A DNA stretch of 63,605 nt, counting the filler, from Olpidium bornovanus S191 (Eukaryota; Fungi; Olpidiomycota), in the NCBI GenBank assembly GCA_017911155.1. It is 28 parts of 28 records of this genome, joined end to end, with 100 filler letters (N's around TTAATTAATTAA, not from the genome) between each part and the next. Parts side by side here need not be neighbours in the genome. Positions count along the whole stretch, not along the records: positions 24,228 to 26,403 come from JAEFCI010008649.1; positions 26,504 to 30,930 come from JAEFCI010007092.1; positions 31,031 to 32,847 come from JAEFCI010010099.1; positions 32,948 to 36,973 come from JAEFCI010000658.1; 24 more parts are not named here. One strand, written 5' to 3'. Below the pieces are notes generated by a model. That model saw nothing but the letters and a program-made list of their open reading frames with translations. It was not told where the DNA came from and did no database searches. Position 1 is the stretch's first letter, and each line of letters opens with the position of its first letter. Positions 24,128 through 36,973 of this stretch are shown piece by piece. Both the position numbers and the translations under genes were made by a program.

Positions 24128-24227
24128 NNNNNNNNNNNNNNNNNNNNNNNNNNNNNNNNNNNNNNNNNNNNTTAATTAATTAANNNNNNNNNNNNNNNNN
24201 NNNNNNNNNNNNNNNNNNNNNNNNNNN

Positions 24228-25548
24228 CATGCCGTAGTATCCCGCGTATCCCACCGAATACATCGGGTGAGGGTAAATTTCGAAGACGCCGTCGAACGTG
24301 AGGTCGGCATCGATGAGGAAGAAGAAGTCGCCCCAGTCTGGAACGCAACGGGATCCCGGGGGGAGGAACGTTTAGCAGGCAATCGGCGCGCACGGTCGCA
24401 GCGCGCGCTTCGAGCGCGAAAAGGCGCGGCAATGCGACGATCGGCCTTACACCACGCGAAATCCTTGACGACGCGGTGGGCGTCGACCTTCACCCAGAGG
24501 TTGAAACAGATGAGGCCCAGCCCCGTGATCCACCGCAAGGCGACGGGCAGGGTGCCGCTCTCAGGCGAGGAGGAGACGAAGGAGAGGGCGAAGCAGGCGT
24601 AGCTGGTGAAGTCGTTCATCAGCACGAGGTCGACGAGGGCGCGGAACAGCAGCCAGGTGTTGAACTCGACGGGGACCGCGTCGAAATCGTAGTCGGCGCG
24701 CATCTTGCTGGAGAGCTCCTCCCGCAAAACCCGCCGCACGCGGGGCGACGGCCTGGGGCCGCGGGCCCTGCCGTCCGCGGACCCGGACCCTCCCGCCCTC
24801 CCGAACAGGTTCAGCCGCTGGGCGAGGGCGACCAGGCCGCGGTGCTCGCTCTGGTACTTTAGCAGGACGCCGAGCCCGACGTTGTAACTCAGCCGCCAGA
24901 AGCAGAACAGAAAGAAGAACGTGGGCTTCCTCGCCGGCAGGGGCAGCGCGGCGAACAGGGCGACGTGGGCGGCCACGACCGCCAGCGTTGCGAGGTCGAA
25001 GACGGACTTCCTCTTGCGGTCGCCGAACCGGAAGATGCTAGAGATCATGTCCGACGTCTGGGGCACCGAGAAGACTGGCGGCAGCGGAGGAGGGCGAAAA
25101 AGCAAGAGGGGTCGGCGCGGGAGGGGTCAGGCGCGGCGCGGCGCGCACCGCGCGTCGGGGTTCCAATTCAAAAACAGACGGCGCCGCGCCGGCGATTGAA
25201 GTTCGCAACCGGAGAGGGTGACCCCAAAAGAAGCCTTGAGACGCCAACACCGGGAGGAGAGGTGGGGTGAAGGGGGGGGAGGGATGAAGGGGGGGGGTCC
25301 AGCAGGGGCACCAGCGCGTGCGCGACCTTAGATCCGGCCGGGGTCCGCACGGCTCCTTGCGGAAACGACCTGTCCAACGCGCGCGACCGCTCACCTGTGC
25401 CATCCGGGGTGTTTCCGCTCCCTTTGGCGGCGGCGCCGGCCAAGCCGCCGGCCTCTCTTCCCCGGTCGCCCGCCACCGGCGGCGGAGGTCTCCGCCGCCG
25501 AAAGGCGGACGCCGGCGTCTGGGTCGCCTTCTCCGCGACCGGGGCCAT
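24228..25548 (-). CDS. CHO2: Phosphatidylethanolamine N-methyltransferase, 5' portion, 3 exons
   Basis: MAPVAEKA...SGNTPDGT / [81 protein letters not shown] / [34 protein letters not shown]. Confidence 0.92.
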
Positions 25549-26315
25549 GGTGAGCGGCTCTCTCGCCTCGCTCTCCCCGGCGCACTCCAGGTCGCCGTCC
25601 GGCCGGGCAAGGAGGGGCGGCGGCGGCGGCGGCGGCGGCGGCGTGGTGGTGGAGGGCGCGGTGGTCTGGTTGCCGGTGCGCGCGCGGGCGGAGGCGGGCT
25701 GGGCGGTCTCGCGTGCCCGGCGGGCGGAGCGGAAGGAGGGGCGGGCCACTTCTGGCACGAGGCGTAATTTTTTTTATATTAATTTTGGCGAAGAGCGCCG
25801 CCCCCCTCCCCACTTGACCAGAACGCGGGTAAGTTATCGTTTTTTTTTTCTTTTAATTTTTTCCGCTTTTTCCGGCCAGCGCCCGGCGGCCCCCCCCCCC
25901 AGGTTGGACCGGTTCGTTTCGCTTTCTTTTTGCGCGGTGCGCAAGAGCCGCAAGAGCCGCCGCCGCCGAAAAACCAAAAACACCAGCCCCGTCGAAAACC
26001 TCGGCGTCGGCGCGGCTCGCGCGCGGAAAAAAGCCGGCTCGCGGGCGCGCGGTCGCTGCCTGCGCTCGGCGCAAGTCGCGTGTGCCGGAGAGCACGCGCG
26101 GCTGTCGCGCGCGGGCGCGTCAGCAAGTTGGCCGGCGGCCCGCGCTCGGCTCCGGCCGGCTGCTGGTCGCGCTGGAAGCGACGTGGCGCTCGCGATGACC
26201 GAACCAGCGGGGACGGAAATGGCCCGCCCCACGCCGTGTGCACCGCGGAGCGCCAGGCTCGCGTAAATTCCTGAAGGGGCGGGAGGGCTGCAGGCCAGCC
26301 TCCCCCCCCCCCCCC

Positions 26316-26352
<37 letters not shown>

Positions 26353-26634
26353 CCCAAAAAAAACCCCCCCCCCCCCCCCCCCCCCCCGCCCCCCCCCCCC
26401 CCCNNNNNNNNNNNNNNNNNNNNNNNNNNNNNNNNNNNNNNNNNNNNTTAATTAATTAANNNNNNNNNNNNNNNNNNNNNNNNNNNNNNNNNNNNNNNNN
26501 NNNAGTCGACATTTGCCGGAACCAGTGGGCACCTTGATCCGCATCGGCCAACGAAGATTGGATGACGTACTTCTAGACGTGTTTGGTGCAGTCCCGCTGC
26601 TTGCGCGCCGAGTGAGTTGACATGATGGGTGTGC

Positions 26635-26636
<2 letters not shown>

Positions 26637-26677
<41 letters not shown>

Positions 26678-26690
26678 TGCGTGTGTGTCC
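26637..26690. repeat. (TG)n microsatellite
   Basis: About 18 uninterrupted TG units at 26638-26676. Confidence 0.9.
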
Positions 26691-26954
26691 GCGTAGCAGA
26701 GCGGCGTTGTGCGCGTGTACGCCCAAAATCCCCTCCCCTTACCACCCCCATCCCCCCCAAAAAGCGGTATTCCCCAGCGCACCTGTCCCATTTCTGATCC
26801 CTTCCCCCACACTTAATCTCCGCTGCCAGCTGCCCGCTGCCCGCCGTGGCGGTGTGCTTCTCGTTCTCACACTCTCTTCACATCACAAAAAATCGCCCGT
26901 TTCCGGCTTTGAAAATGCGCAGGTTTGCCCCGCTTGCGTTTTGTGCTTAGCGCG

Positions 26955-29352
26955 CTATCGGCGATTGGCAATTATACCTCGGGGGCGGGCGCCCGAACTC
27001 GGACCCGGCGAGACGACCGGCCCGGGGGGTAACGGGCGGGCAAACTTCTGCTTTTTGTTCGAACCGTCCGGGGAGTCCTCCCGCTTTTTCTTAAGGCCGC
27101 CGCCGCCGCCGGGCGGGGAGACCTTGCGCCTCGGCGGCGGCGCCGGCATCTGCTGCTGCTTCTCCGCGGCGGACTTTGAGGACGCCTTCCCCGACCTCGC
27201 GGACAATTTTGGCTTCTTGCTCGCTCCTGCCGGTTGCGCGGCGTCGGGGCCGGCCCAGCCGCTCGGTTTCGCGCGGTCCTTGTCTCCTTCAGCGGCCTTC
27301 GCATCCTTTGCGTCGGTCTTCTCCATTCCGTCAAACTCAAGGAACTCCAAATCCGATTCGGAATCCTGGTGTTTTCGGTCGTGTAAACTTGATCAGCGAA
27401 ACTGGCGGTATACCCGGTCCCGATCGCCGGTATCCAAAATGAAAACTTACGTCGCTGAGAAGGGAGTTCTTGTCGCTGTCTTCCGACATGTACGCGTCGT
27501 TGTGCTCGGTTTTCCGTAGAATTTTTTTCAGGCGCTGAAGAACGGGTGAACCGCATCAGCAAGGCGGCCTAAAACATGATCCCGCTTCAATGCCCGACGT
27601 GGTGACGGCCCTAACATACCTTCCCTTCTTTGTTCAACTTAGAACGGGGCAGGTCCCCGTCATCCACTTCCTCAAATCTGTCGGCAAGGTACTGTCGCTT
27701 TTCCCGTTGCTTGCAAACCGCCGGAACGGGGAGGCCAAAAAAAGGTCGCGTCAGACGGAACCCTCTTCCCCCACCTCACCCCCTTCCCCGGAAACGCCTT
27801 TTCAGGATTCTCGCGTGGGACCAGCGGCAAACGCCAAACGCACAAAAAGAACCGCAACAAAAATTCCGGGGCAAACGACCGAAATTTACGAACTCGGTCG
27901 GCCCTGGCGTCGTCGTCCAACATTTCGGGAAAAGGATCTCCTTCCTCGTCGTCCTCGAAGACCTCTTCGTAATCGAGGGCGTCCACTTCGTCCTCCCGTT
28001 CTTGCGCGATCCGCAGCCGCTGATGCGCCTGGCGGGCGGCCGCGACGGCGGCCCGGGGCCGGTTTTTATTCGCCCAATAGGCGCGCTCCTTTGCGCTCAT
28101 CTTCGCGTCTTCCGGCGCGGGCTTCTCGGCGTCCTTGCGGCTCAGCCCCTGCCTCATCTTCCGGTCGAGGGCCGCCTCATAATTCTTACGCTGCTCCTCG
28201 GCCTCCGTGGCTTTTTCCTCCGTCCAGCCCGGCGGAGCTTGACGGAGAAAATTGTACCGCTTCGCGTTCGGGGTCACCTTGAAGCCGTCGTCCTTTTTTT
28301 CGCAAGTTATTTTTGCACCAAAAAACGTTGACACCATCAGAAGTTTTATTTTTCTTTTTTTTGTGCCGAGGTCAGCTGAAAACCTTTTAAAATTTCCGGG
28401 GCCGCCTCTGGTTATTGCCCCACGCGCATTAAAGACACCCGTTTCCACGTGGAAGTAAAAGCATGGAAAGTTTGCAGATGACGCAAGCCGCCGCCAAACA
28501 CCGTCGTAATGATTCCGACACCATCTGCCCCCCTTTACCGCTGCCCACCGCCCAAACCGCCTACCCTCACCCTCTCTTTCCCACAAATACGTTCGATCTA
28601 ACCGGTGGTAATTCCGCTTTCCAACGTCGCAGGCAATTAAAATTGCTCACCGTGAAAAATAAAAGGGTGTTCATCCGAGCGAGGTGGATATAATCCGCCT
28701 TCCACCTCTGCGCCGCGTCCCCGGACTGGATCATGAAGGGGTCTTTCTGCTCCTTGTCGAACTCGACCTTCTCCGGGTCGGGCTTGTGGCGGTAAGACAC
28801 CCGCCACTTCTTCTTGAAAAGGTTCGCCTTGTCTTTCGGGGCGGTGTTACCGTAAGGGGCGACGGTCGGCTGCGGACCGCGATCGGGACCCGCGTCGGCG
28901 GCCGGCGCCTGCGCCGCCTCGCCGATTTCCGCCCTGGTCCCCGCGAGCTCCTGCTCCTGCGTTTTGCTCGCCTCCCGCTCCTCCTCCCTCTCCTTCTCGG
29001 CTTTGGTGAACGCGCTCTTCCGCCGAAACCAGACCGGCTGCGCAAAGGTGTTGATGTCGATGCCCTCGGGCAGGGAGGTTCTGAAGGAGGCGATCTTCTG
29101 CAGCTTGGACACCTTCCCCGCGCTCCGTAGGCGGATGGCGTGCACGACCGGGAGGGTGGAGCGGGGCTCCCCATCGGGGCCGAAGGAGCGCTTCTGCAGG
29201 CTCGGGCGGGGCAGGAGGGGCGGCGGCGGGGCGGCGGGTTTCGCCGGCGTCGCCGCCTGCGCAGCCTTCCTCCCCGACGCAGCAGCAGCAGCAGGGGCGG
29301 CAGCGCCGGCGCCGGCAGGCGCGGCGGCGACCGCTCTTTTTGCCTCCGGCAT
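26955..29352 (-). CDS. TFG1: TFIIF large subunit (Tfg1/RAP74), multi-exon; 3' end uncertain
   Basis: TVAPYGNTAPKDKANLFKKKWRV, DPFMIQSGDAAQRWKADY, DGFKVTPNAKRYNF, LDYEEVFEDDEE, LKKILRKTEHNDAYMSEDSDKN. These follow the fungal Tfg1 block order (APxGG..NxFKKK; GFKVxPxxKWYKF; DYxEEFxDDEE; AYxSD). Confidence 0.8.
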
Positions 29353-29799
29353 GGTTGGATTCCCGAACAGGGATTTTAGCCGAGGGCAATAGATGTTTCT
29401 TTCTTGTTGTTCTGCCGGTTGGCCGTACACGGGCCTTTTACTGGACGAGAGAAGAAGGCGCCCGCGCCCGGCGTAACCCGAGTTTGGAAAAAATGAGAAG
29501 GCGAGGGGGAAATGTTCGGTCGAGCGGTCGGCCGGCCGGTAGGTCGGTCGGCTGGCTTGCACCCGGCGTCGGCTCAGGGGTTTTCAGCGCGAGTTGCCGG
29601 GGCGGGATGGGACGAGGACGAGAAGGTTTTTTTTTTTTTAAAGAAAAAAAAAACGGCGTCGGGAAGGAGAGGGGGGGCGCCGCCCCGCCAGGCGGGAAAC
29701 AAGGAAGCGGGCAAGGCTCGTCCATCTCGGCCGGCGACGCGCGTGATGAGCATGCGCGAACCCCACCGCTTGCAAAACCGTGGACGGAAGGAAGCCCGA

Positions 29800-30620
29800 G
29801 AACCGTGCAATCACCACAGACAGCGGTGCCACCAGGCATATTATGCCCGATGAACGCCGGTTCGGCATCGACCATCCGTCGTCTGTAACTGCCTTGGAAA
29901 CTGAGGAGAACGTCGGGCTGAAGGGACGGTCAAGCACCTGGCCAAAAGAGGGGGCCAATTTGACTCTGCATGCCGCAATGCGAGTCCCCGCCCTCTGCCT
30001 GCCTTTGTTCTCCGCCTCCACGGCCACATTCCATGGCCTTGAGATCACATTCAAGCCGGATGAGGCTCCCCTCATCCACGGCCACATTCCGTGGCTTCAA
30101 GATCACATCAAAGCCGGATGAGACCCACCTCATCCACGGCCACATTCCATGGCCTCGGAATCACATTCAAGGCGGATGGAACTCCCCTCATCATTAAGGA
30201 TGAGAACTCCGCGGCGGCAGGGGCAGAAGCAACGATGACTGTTCTACCTTGGCGCGGAGCCAACTTCTGAGAAAAATCGTCATGGCACTTGGCAATCACG
30301 AAACATGACACGCGCGATCAGGCCATCTCGGCCCATAAAACCTCCACATGTCCCAAAAGCAAGCAGAGGGGGAAATGGCGGGTGCAGATCCACAAGTCCT
30401 GGAGACCGCACGCGATGCCTGTCAACTCGGAGCGCAATCCCGCAAACCACACCCGCTGTCAAAGATGGATGCACCTGCCGGGGGAACCGTGTACACCACC
30501 GCGGTAAGCTGTAACAAGTGAAAAATCTGCGTTCTGCGCGATCTGGAAATTCGTTTTTGCAAGTTTGGCTCTGGGATTTGGATCTGGGTCTGGAATCTAA
30601 AAGCTTGTTCAAAGTTCGAA
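29800..30620 (+). mobile_element. Decayed Ty1/copia LTR-retrotransposon pol remnant (protease to integrase)
   Basis: AITTDSGATRHIMPDERRF matches the copia protease DSGAxxHM motif. It is followed by RVPALCLPLFSASTATFHGLEITF (cf. VPxLxxNLLSVSxL..GxxVxF) and a degenerate VKNLRSARSG (cf. IKxLRSDxGGE). Frameshifts and stops are present. Confidence 0.6.
30018..30191. repeat. Three tandem copies of a 58-bp unit within the copia remnant
   Basis: Units start at 30018, 30076 and 30134 (CCACGGCCACATTCC...GGATG...CCTCAT). Confidence 0.92.
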
Positions 30621-31436
30621 AGGTAACGTTCTAGGCGCGCTTTATATTAACGCCGCCTTTGGCCGACGCCAGGCGCGCAGTGCGGTGTAGATCTAGATAG
30701 CACGAGTATGGAACCTACAGCCGCACCGAGAATTTATCGCCCTGGCCCTAGAGCAACGGCATTCGGAGCCTTGTGTTTACGTTTTGTCCGGGGAATGCCC
30801 GCCAAGGCGCATGGTCGCAATTACGTGGGTGACATTTCATCACCAAATCCAGTCGTGACCTGATTGAAAAAGTCGAGGTCGACCTTTCAAGGAAGCTCAA
30901 ATTGACGGAAAAACAAGACCTTGCCCTTATNNNNNNNNNNNNNNNNNNNNNNNNNNNNNNNNNNNNNNNNNNNNTTAATTAATTAANNNNNNNNNNNNNN
31001 NNNNNNNNNNNNNNNNNNNNNNNNNNNNNNCGGCAAGAGGCGAAGGTACGCGCTCTGGGGAGCACCGGCGCCCACACCAAGACTTATTTGTCTGACAAGC
31101 TGATAACAGATCTGCTGTACCGCTGCAGAACTCCGCAGTTCGAAATCATGACGCATCCTGCCTCCGGCAGCACCCACCGGTGAAAGTAATCGTCACGGCA
31201 ACCTCGGCTCTCAGCTGCTTGCACGTCAATATCAAGATCGCGGAGGAGGCACCCGTCGAAAGGTAGGCTCTTGTGGAGCAGATTTGGCTGCTTTCAATGC
31301 AGGTTCAGACGTTGAGATTTCTCACGGAGGATCAGTGGCAGCCGGCAGTGGCCGGAGCGCCGGAGCGGTGGCGCCAACCGAAAACATTGCGAGCACGGCA
31401 GCGGAGGCGGCCGGCGGTGTAGCGAGTGCAGAACAG

Positions 31437-31585
31437 CCGGCGGGGAAGGTCGCAGGTGCGTGAATGACAGAGCCAGTCCGCAATGTCTTGAGCACCGGAA
31501 CAAAAGACCGGCGGCACCGGCCGGGAAGGGCACAGGTGCAGGAATGACAGAGCGAGCCGACAATGTCGCGAGCACAAAGCAACAG
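31437..31585. repeat. Diverged tandem duplication, period about 80 bp
   Basis: caggtgcgtgaatgacagagccagtccgcaatgtcttgagcac at 31453 versus caggtgcaggaatgacagagcgagccgacaatgtcgcgagcac at 31533. Confidence 0.65.
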
Positions 31586-32600
31586 AGCCAGCCTGCGATG
31601 TTGTGAGCACAGGATACTGTCTGCGGATTTTGCTGAAATCATTGGCAATGACTTCGAAACACACTGATTTTACCGGTAATGAGCTGGGTGAGTCCGTTAC
31701 TATGATTGGTCAATAGAAATTTCTGCGGAGTTCCTTAGTGACTGAAAAATTTACATGGTTCTAGATGTCGAGCAGTCCACGGAAACAAAACTTCAGGCAC
31801 CTTTTGATTACCTGCGCGCCACCACATTACACGGACAGCAATCGGGGGTGTGTGTTCATTAACGACTTCGCTTGTGAAGTGAACAATGAATTAATTTTAC
31901 GGCCGTACTACATAGCGAGCAGTCTACCAAAGCTAAACCCCAGGCTCCCCTAGCATTGACATGTAAGGGGGTTTGCGTCACGGGCGGAAATGGAAAAAGA
32001 TCGGAACGTTTTGGCCTCAAGCCCACAATATGGCATTGTAACCAAACCGTCCTTCGCACAGCGCAACGGCGCATCATAAGTGTGATCGCGGCGGCCGCTA
32101 CCGCAATCGCCAAAAAATAAACAATGGCAATCGGCGCCGTAGATTCTTGTTTTCCGCCGCTTTCGTCTTCATGGCGAACGCGTTAATGACCACACCATAC
32201 ATGTTTGCTACAGGTCTTGTCCGGAGTTTGTTTCACCACGAACATTTTCCCAGATGGTGAATGCGGCAAGGCAACCGGCGAAGCAGGAACGCCGGTATTC
32301 TACCAGTACGGCGTAACATCCCGCACCCACCCAACGTCCGCACCACCGCAGCCCTCATGGGAACGGAAGAAAGGACATCGGTAGCCCTGGGCTTATTGCG
32401 AGCGCGAAGGGAGCCGCTCTCCGTGTGCGACCGCGTTAGGAGCGTTAGGAGTGGAGAGGACGGGCGCGCCTCCTGGGCGCCATCGGCGGTTTTTTTTTTT
32501 TTTTTTTGTTTTGGGGTAGAGAGTTTCTTGAGGCGAAAAGCAATCCTTCCCTTCTGCTTTATCTCTCTCTCTCTCTCTCTCCTTTTCCCTCCCTTTTTTT

Positions 32601-32661
<61 letters not shown>

Positions 32662-32947
32662 CCCCGGGGGGGGGGGGCGGGGGGGGGGGGGGGGGGGGGG
32701 GGGGGGGAGTGGCGGCGGAGGGCGTGTGACGTGTTGAGGTATATATAGAGAGAGGATGAGGACGCGCGACGGAACGCTCTGGGGGAAGTGGGGTGTGGGG
32801 GGGGGGGGGGGGGGGGGGGGGGTGTTTTCCCCCGCGCGCCCCCCCCCNNNNNNNNNNNNNNNNNNNNNNNNNNNNNNNNNNNNNNNNNNNNTTAATTAAT
32901 TAANNNNNNNNNNNNNNNNNNNNNNNNNNNNNNNNNNNNNNNNNNNN

Positions 32948-33250
32948 CATGGAAGCAATTACGGCCATTCTGGGCTGCCGAAATGCAAAGGGGAACGTCG
33001 CATTGCTCGCAGCACCGTGATGCTTTCTGAGGCACCGCATCTTCACCGAGAATCTTGATTTTGTATCGTTGTGTCGTCCGTAAAAAAAAAGGGCGAAAAT
33101 CGCCGAAGGGACAAGAGCGTCGTCTAGTTCCAATGCAGGTGGAAGCGTCACATATGCTGAATGAGCCGGCCGCTGATGCTTAAACCGCTGTGGAAAATCA
33201 GGAACTGCCGGAAGCCGTCGCCCTTGTGAAGGTGCATTGCTTGTTGATGC
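32948..33250 (-). pseudogene. Possible piggyBac-like (DDE_Tnp_1_7) transposase N-terminal remnant
   Basis: FPQRFKHQRPAHSAYVTLPPALELDDALVPSAIFALFF, then TDD after a 1-nt slip in a T-run. It resembles the 'P..lF.LFftd' start of piggyBac transposases; no catalytic core or TIR seen. Confidence 0.33.
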
Positions 33251-35724
33251 CGTGGTGGTGACATCGGCATCCAAGTCACTGTTGGCATTGGGCACAGCAA
33301 CGCTTTCTTCGGAATCTTCTGCGCATTCTGCTTCCAGTGAGGCGTCCACCGATCGATGCGCTCGTTGAAGGACCACATTAAACTTCTCTCCATCATTGTC
33401 ATCACCGTCGCGCTTTCACTTTCGTCTCGCGGTGCATCTTCTGCCGCTGGCGCACTTGCTGCGCCCGATTCATCTTCCACCGCCCATTCACTTGCTTTGC
33501 GTGATCCGCTTGCTGTCCGTGATCCATTTGCTATGCCTGATCCACTTGCCGTCGCTTCGCCTGGTTCATCGTCCGCCGCTCCTGCGCTTGCGTTGCCTCG
33601 TTCATCTCCTGCCATTTGAACCGCAGCAATTTCAGCTTTTGTCCGACGTTGTCGCTTCTTTCAAATTGCTTGCGTTTACCACTTTACCTCCTGCAACTGC
33701 CGCAGCGATCTCAGCTTTTGTCCGACGTTTTCTTCAAATCCTTGCCGCGCTTGCGTTTTTGAGCTGTTTGTCCTGCAGAATCGGCAGTAGAAAGAGCAGA
33801 AGACATGTTGCTTTGACAGCGCCGTGGAAAGCTAAATGATACGACCAGCGTATTAGTCTTGTTCGTTGTTCATCGTTCACTTTCTATCTACACAACGTCG
33901 GAGACATCATCTTAACTTACGCTCTGGTTCTGCCGAGCTCTCCGGAGGGCGCGTTTCATCGCTCTCCATGTGGGATATCGACAAAGGTTGGATATCTAGA
34001 GTCATGTGTTTTCTATTGAGTTGGTGGGTGAGCCAATAATGGCTCTCCATCTCCGATTTCTGGCTCGAAGGTCCGGAACAATTAGCTGCAGCTAGCTGAT
34101 GTCCTAAAGTACAACTTCCACTAAGCAATAGGGGGGGGGGTCTATAAAGGCGGTTGGTGAGCATTTCAGACATTTGTGTCACTTTTGTCTGTAAAACAGT
34201 CGAAGGGATAGGCCCCCCTTACAATAGCATGTATCACCGCGGATAAGATTCCCAGTACGCCCGAATAGCCTGTAAGTGTTAATGCTTAATAAATGGCTCT
34301 ATTTGATTGGAATTTATATAAACCAGCGTATTTCCGGACACTGTGCAGACAATTCACCAACACTCCAAAACGAACGGCCGCGGACGGCTGCGGACAATTA
34401 ACAACTTCTTCACATCGAACACGCATTCATGACCGGTAATTCTGCTGCCGCCGGCGCGCGAGCGTTCGCAACAATCCCAAATGACCTGAACCGGACATAC
34501 ACGTTTGAAGAAAGCTTGGTATGCTAGCACTCTTACGCCCGCTCTCTAAGATATCTTCCCTTGTACTTGCTATCAGCAGGCTCGGCGGCCGTCAATGTTA
34601 CGCTCATAACATGTTGGAATGACAGTAAGCCGACTGAATATCAAACTTGAGAGTTCTGCAATGCCGACACGGTGCGTTTCTATTGAGCCATCTGGCCTGC
34701 TCACCAGGTGCGAGGAGGGCTCCCTGGTAGGCCCACCCGTTGTGTGCAGTGCGTCAAAAGATGAAGCTAACTTGATCCAGAGCCAATAGAATTTGCCTAC
34801 GTCCTGGTACCCTTCCCCCTTGCGTGGGCGCATATGGTCCATATCTGGCTTCAACCAACCGTCCCCAAATCAGGTTCGGAATACGGCGGAATCATTTTTT
34901 AAACCATGGAATGTACAACGAAAATATGCATCCCCGCAGCCCGCAGAGAAGAGCTTCACGCTGCCCGAACATCAGCTCACTGTTCCGCGTCGCCTCCAGA
35001 GGGTCGACCGTGACGACTGCCATTGAGGGACAGACGGAATTCCCGGCAAAAGCGTGCAGACTGCAGCCCAACCTGAGGATGGATTACAGAGCTGCGCGCA
35101 CCTGCGCACCAACCATGCTCAATTGACGGCGGGTGTCTCCCCAACACAAACAAAAAAAAACGCAAATCTCAGCGACGTAGAACTGTAATAATCGTGTAAA
35201 CAATTCCGTCCTTCTGTACCTAGTAAGTGACGAAATACCGTAAAAAGCGGAAGTTTCCTCTGGTGACAAAATCGTCTTGCGTACACAACGCCCATCGGGT
35301 TGGTTCTCCGTGCTTCAAGCTGTCGGGATTCGAAGTATAATTATGCGGATACAGTTCTCCGAAAGCAAGACATGCCCACATGGTCGAATCGCCGGAGATC
35401 AGGCTACGCGCCACGTAGCAAAAACCGTTTCATAGATTTTCCTTGCTTAAAGAACAAATAAAATAAGATAAAATAAAATAAATAAAAGCCACGTCTAGCT
35501 TTCTAGGAACGTGAAGTTGAATATGCCGTCCATTTGTTGATCGTCGAAGCGGTTTGGAGAGCCTGGACGCATAACCGCAGAATCGTATCCGCACACATCC
35601 TATGCGCGATCCGCCCGGTGGGGATCTGTTGGGATACGGCAACTCACTAGGTGAGATGCATATGACTTTCGCGATCGCCGCCTGCCCTGTGCACACGGGG
35701 GGCGTGTTCATCCTTTTCGCCGAC

Positions 35725-36973
35725 CTATGCGGACCCCGGGTCGGCCACCAGCGTGACGTTCCAGACGGTGACTTCGTCTACTCCGCCCCCTTTTTGGTCG
35801 TAAACGTTTATCCCGTTTTTGAGCGTGATCCTGAACGCGCTGCGCACTCTCACGGGGAAGACGTTCCCTTTGTTGGTCGGATTCGCGCTTCGTTTCGACG
35901 CCGTGTGCGACCCGCTCTGCCTGCTGCTCTTCCTGCCTGCCGCGCTTCCCGCGGGAGCCGCCGTGGCCAGCGGAGTCTGCGCGCCGGCGGCCGCCGGTCC
36001 GGGGTCTTGTCCTTGCGCGCCGCCCGGTGCGGCGAGCTGCTGTGAACCTTGGAGCGGCTCTACGGCGCTCCCTGCCGGAGCGGCTGCCGGCGGTGCTTGG
36101 CTCTCCGCGACGACGACAGGTATCGTGACGTGGCCCCCAAGAAGCAAGTTTGCGAGACCGACGCCTTGCAGATGCACTTTCAGCACCCTCTTGCTGCCCA
36201 CTTCGACGGTCCCGGACATCGGCTCCAGCTGGAAAACGTATATCGGTTGCCGGCCGGCCGCGGACAGCCCGCCCGGCTCCACGCCGTCAGAAGCCGTCCT
36301 GATTGGTTCGATCAGAAATTCGCCGACCAGTACCCGCTTGAGTTCCGCCCGCCCGGTCAGCTTGGCGTTAACGATGGCCAGCGGCTCCGCCATTTCCGGT
36401 CGATATAATCCGTCCGGCCCACGCCTCCACCGCGAACGGACCGTCACGTTGCGAACGGTGGTGTGGACGCTCGCCGGCAGCGCAGCAGCTGACGAGGCTT
36501 TGGTTTCGACCACCGCCGGTCTCTCTGGAGCCGCTTCCGCGTCGAACGCGTTTCCGCCGCTGGCTGTCGCCGATGCTCGGGCGGCAAGCTCGGCTTCCAG
36601 CGCTGGAGGCAGCGACCACGGATTGAGATCGGCCGTCGTCGAGGAGGATTGATATCCGGCCAGAAACAGCGTGTTGGACCAACAGCGTCCGAGTAATTCG
36701 ACGGAGAGGTTACTCCGCGCCCCTCGCACGTTGACGGCAACAGTTTCGCGGTAGTTGTCGGTGACGCGGTCGGGCTGGAAGCGCACCGTAATCTCCTGTT
36801 TCGCATTCGGCGCTATGGCCGCTTCCAGCGGGGTGCACGCGAATGCGTCGCTCATGCTGAAGTTGACCACCCCGTGAGAGTCCTTCTTCGGCACGACGTC
36901 CGACGGGACAAGCTGGATGAACACGGGAAAGGTGCAAGGGTTGTGAATTCTGAAAGATTTCACGGCCGTGTCG
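35725..36973 (-). CDS. Cilia-associated Ig-like/ASH-domain protein, most similar to the C-terminus of CFAP74 (central pair); final exon
   Basis: KSFRIHNPCTFP...FACTPLEAAIAPNAKQEITVRFQPDRVTDNYRETVAVNV...VELLGRCWSNTLFLAG...FQLEPMSGTVEVGSKRVLKV...FRITLKNG...VWNVTLVA*. This is a beta-strand ASH pattern and follows the block order I recall for the CFAP74 C-terminus. Confidence 0.58.

Noticed and set aside
26955-27000. TFG1 lacking its C-terminal winged helix
   Set aside because: The last exon boundaries are uncertain and further exons may lie towards or beyond the contig end, so the loss cannot be claimed.
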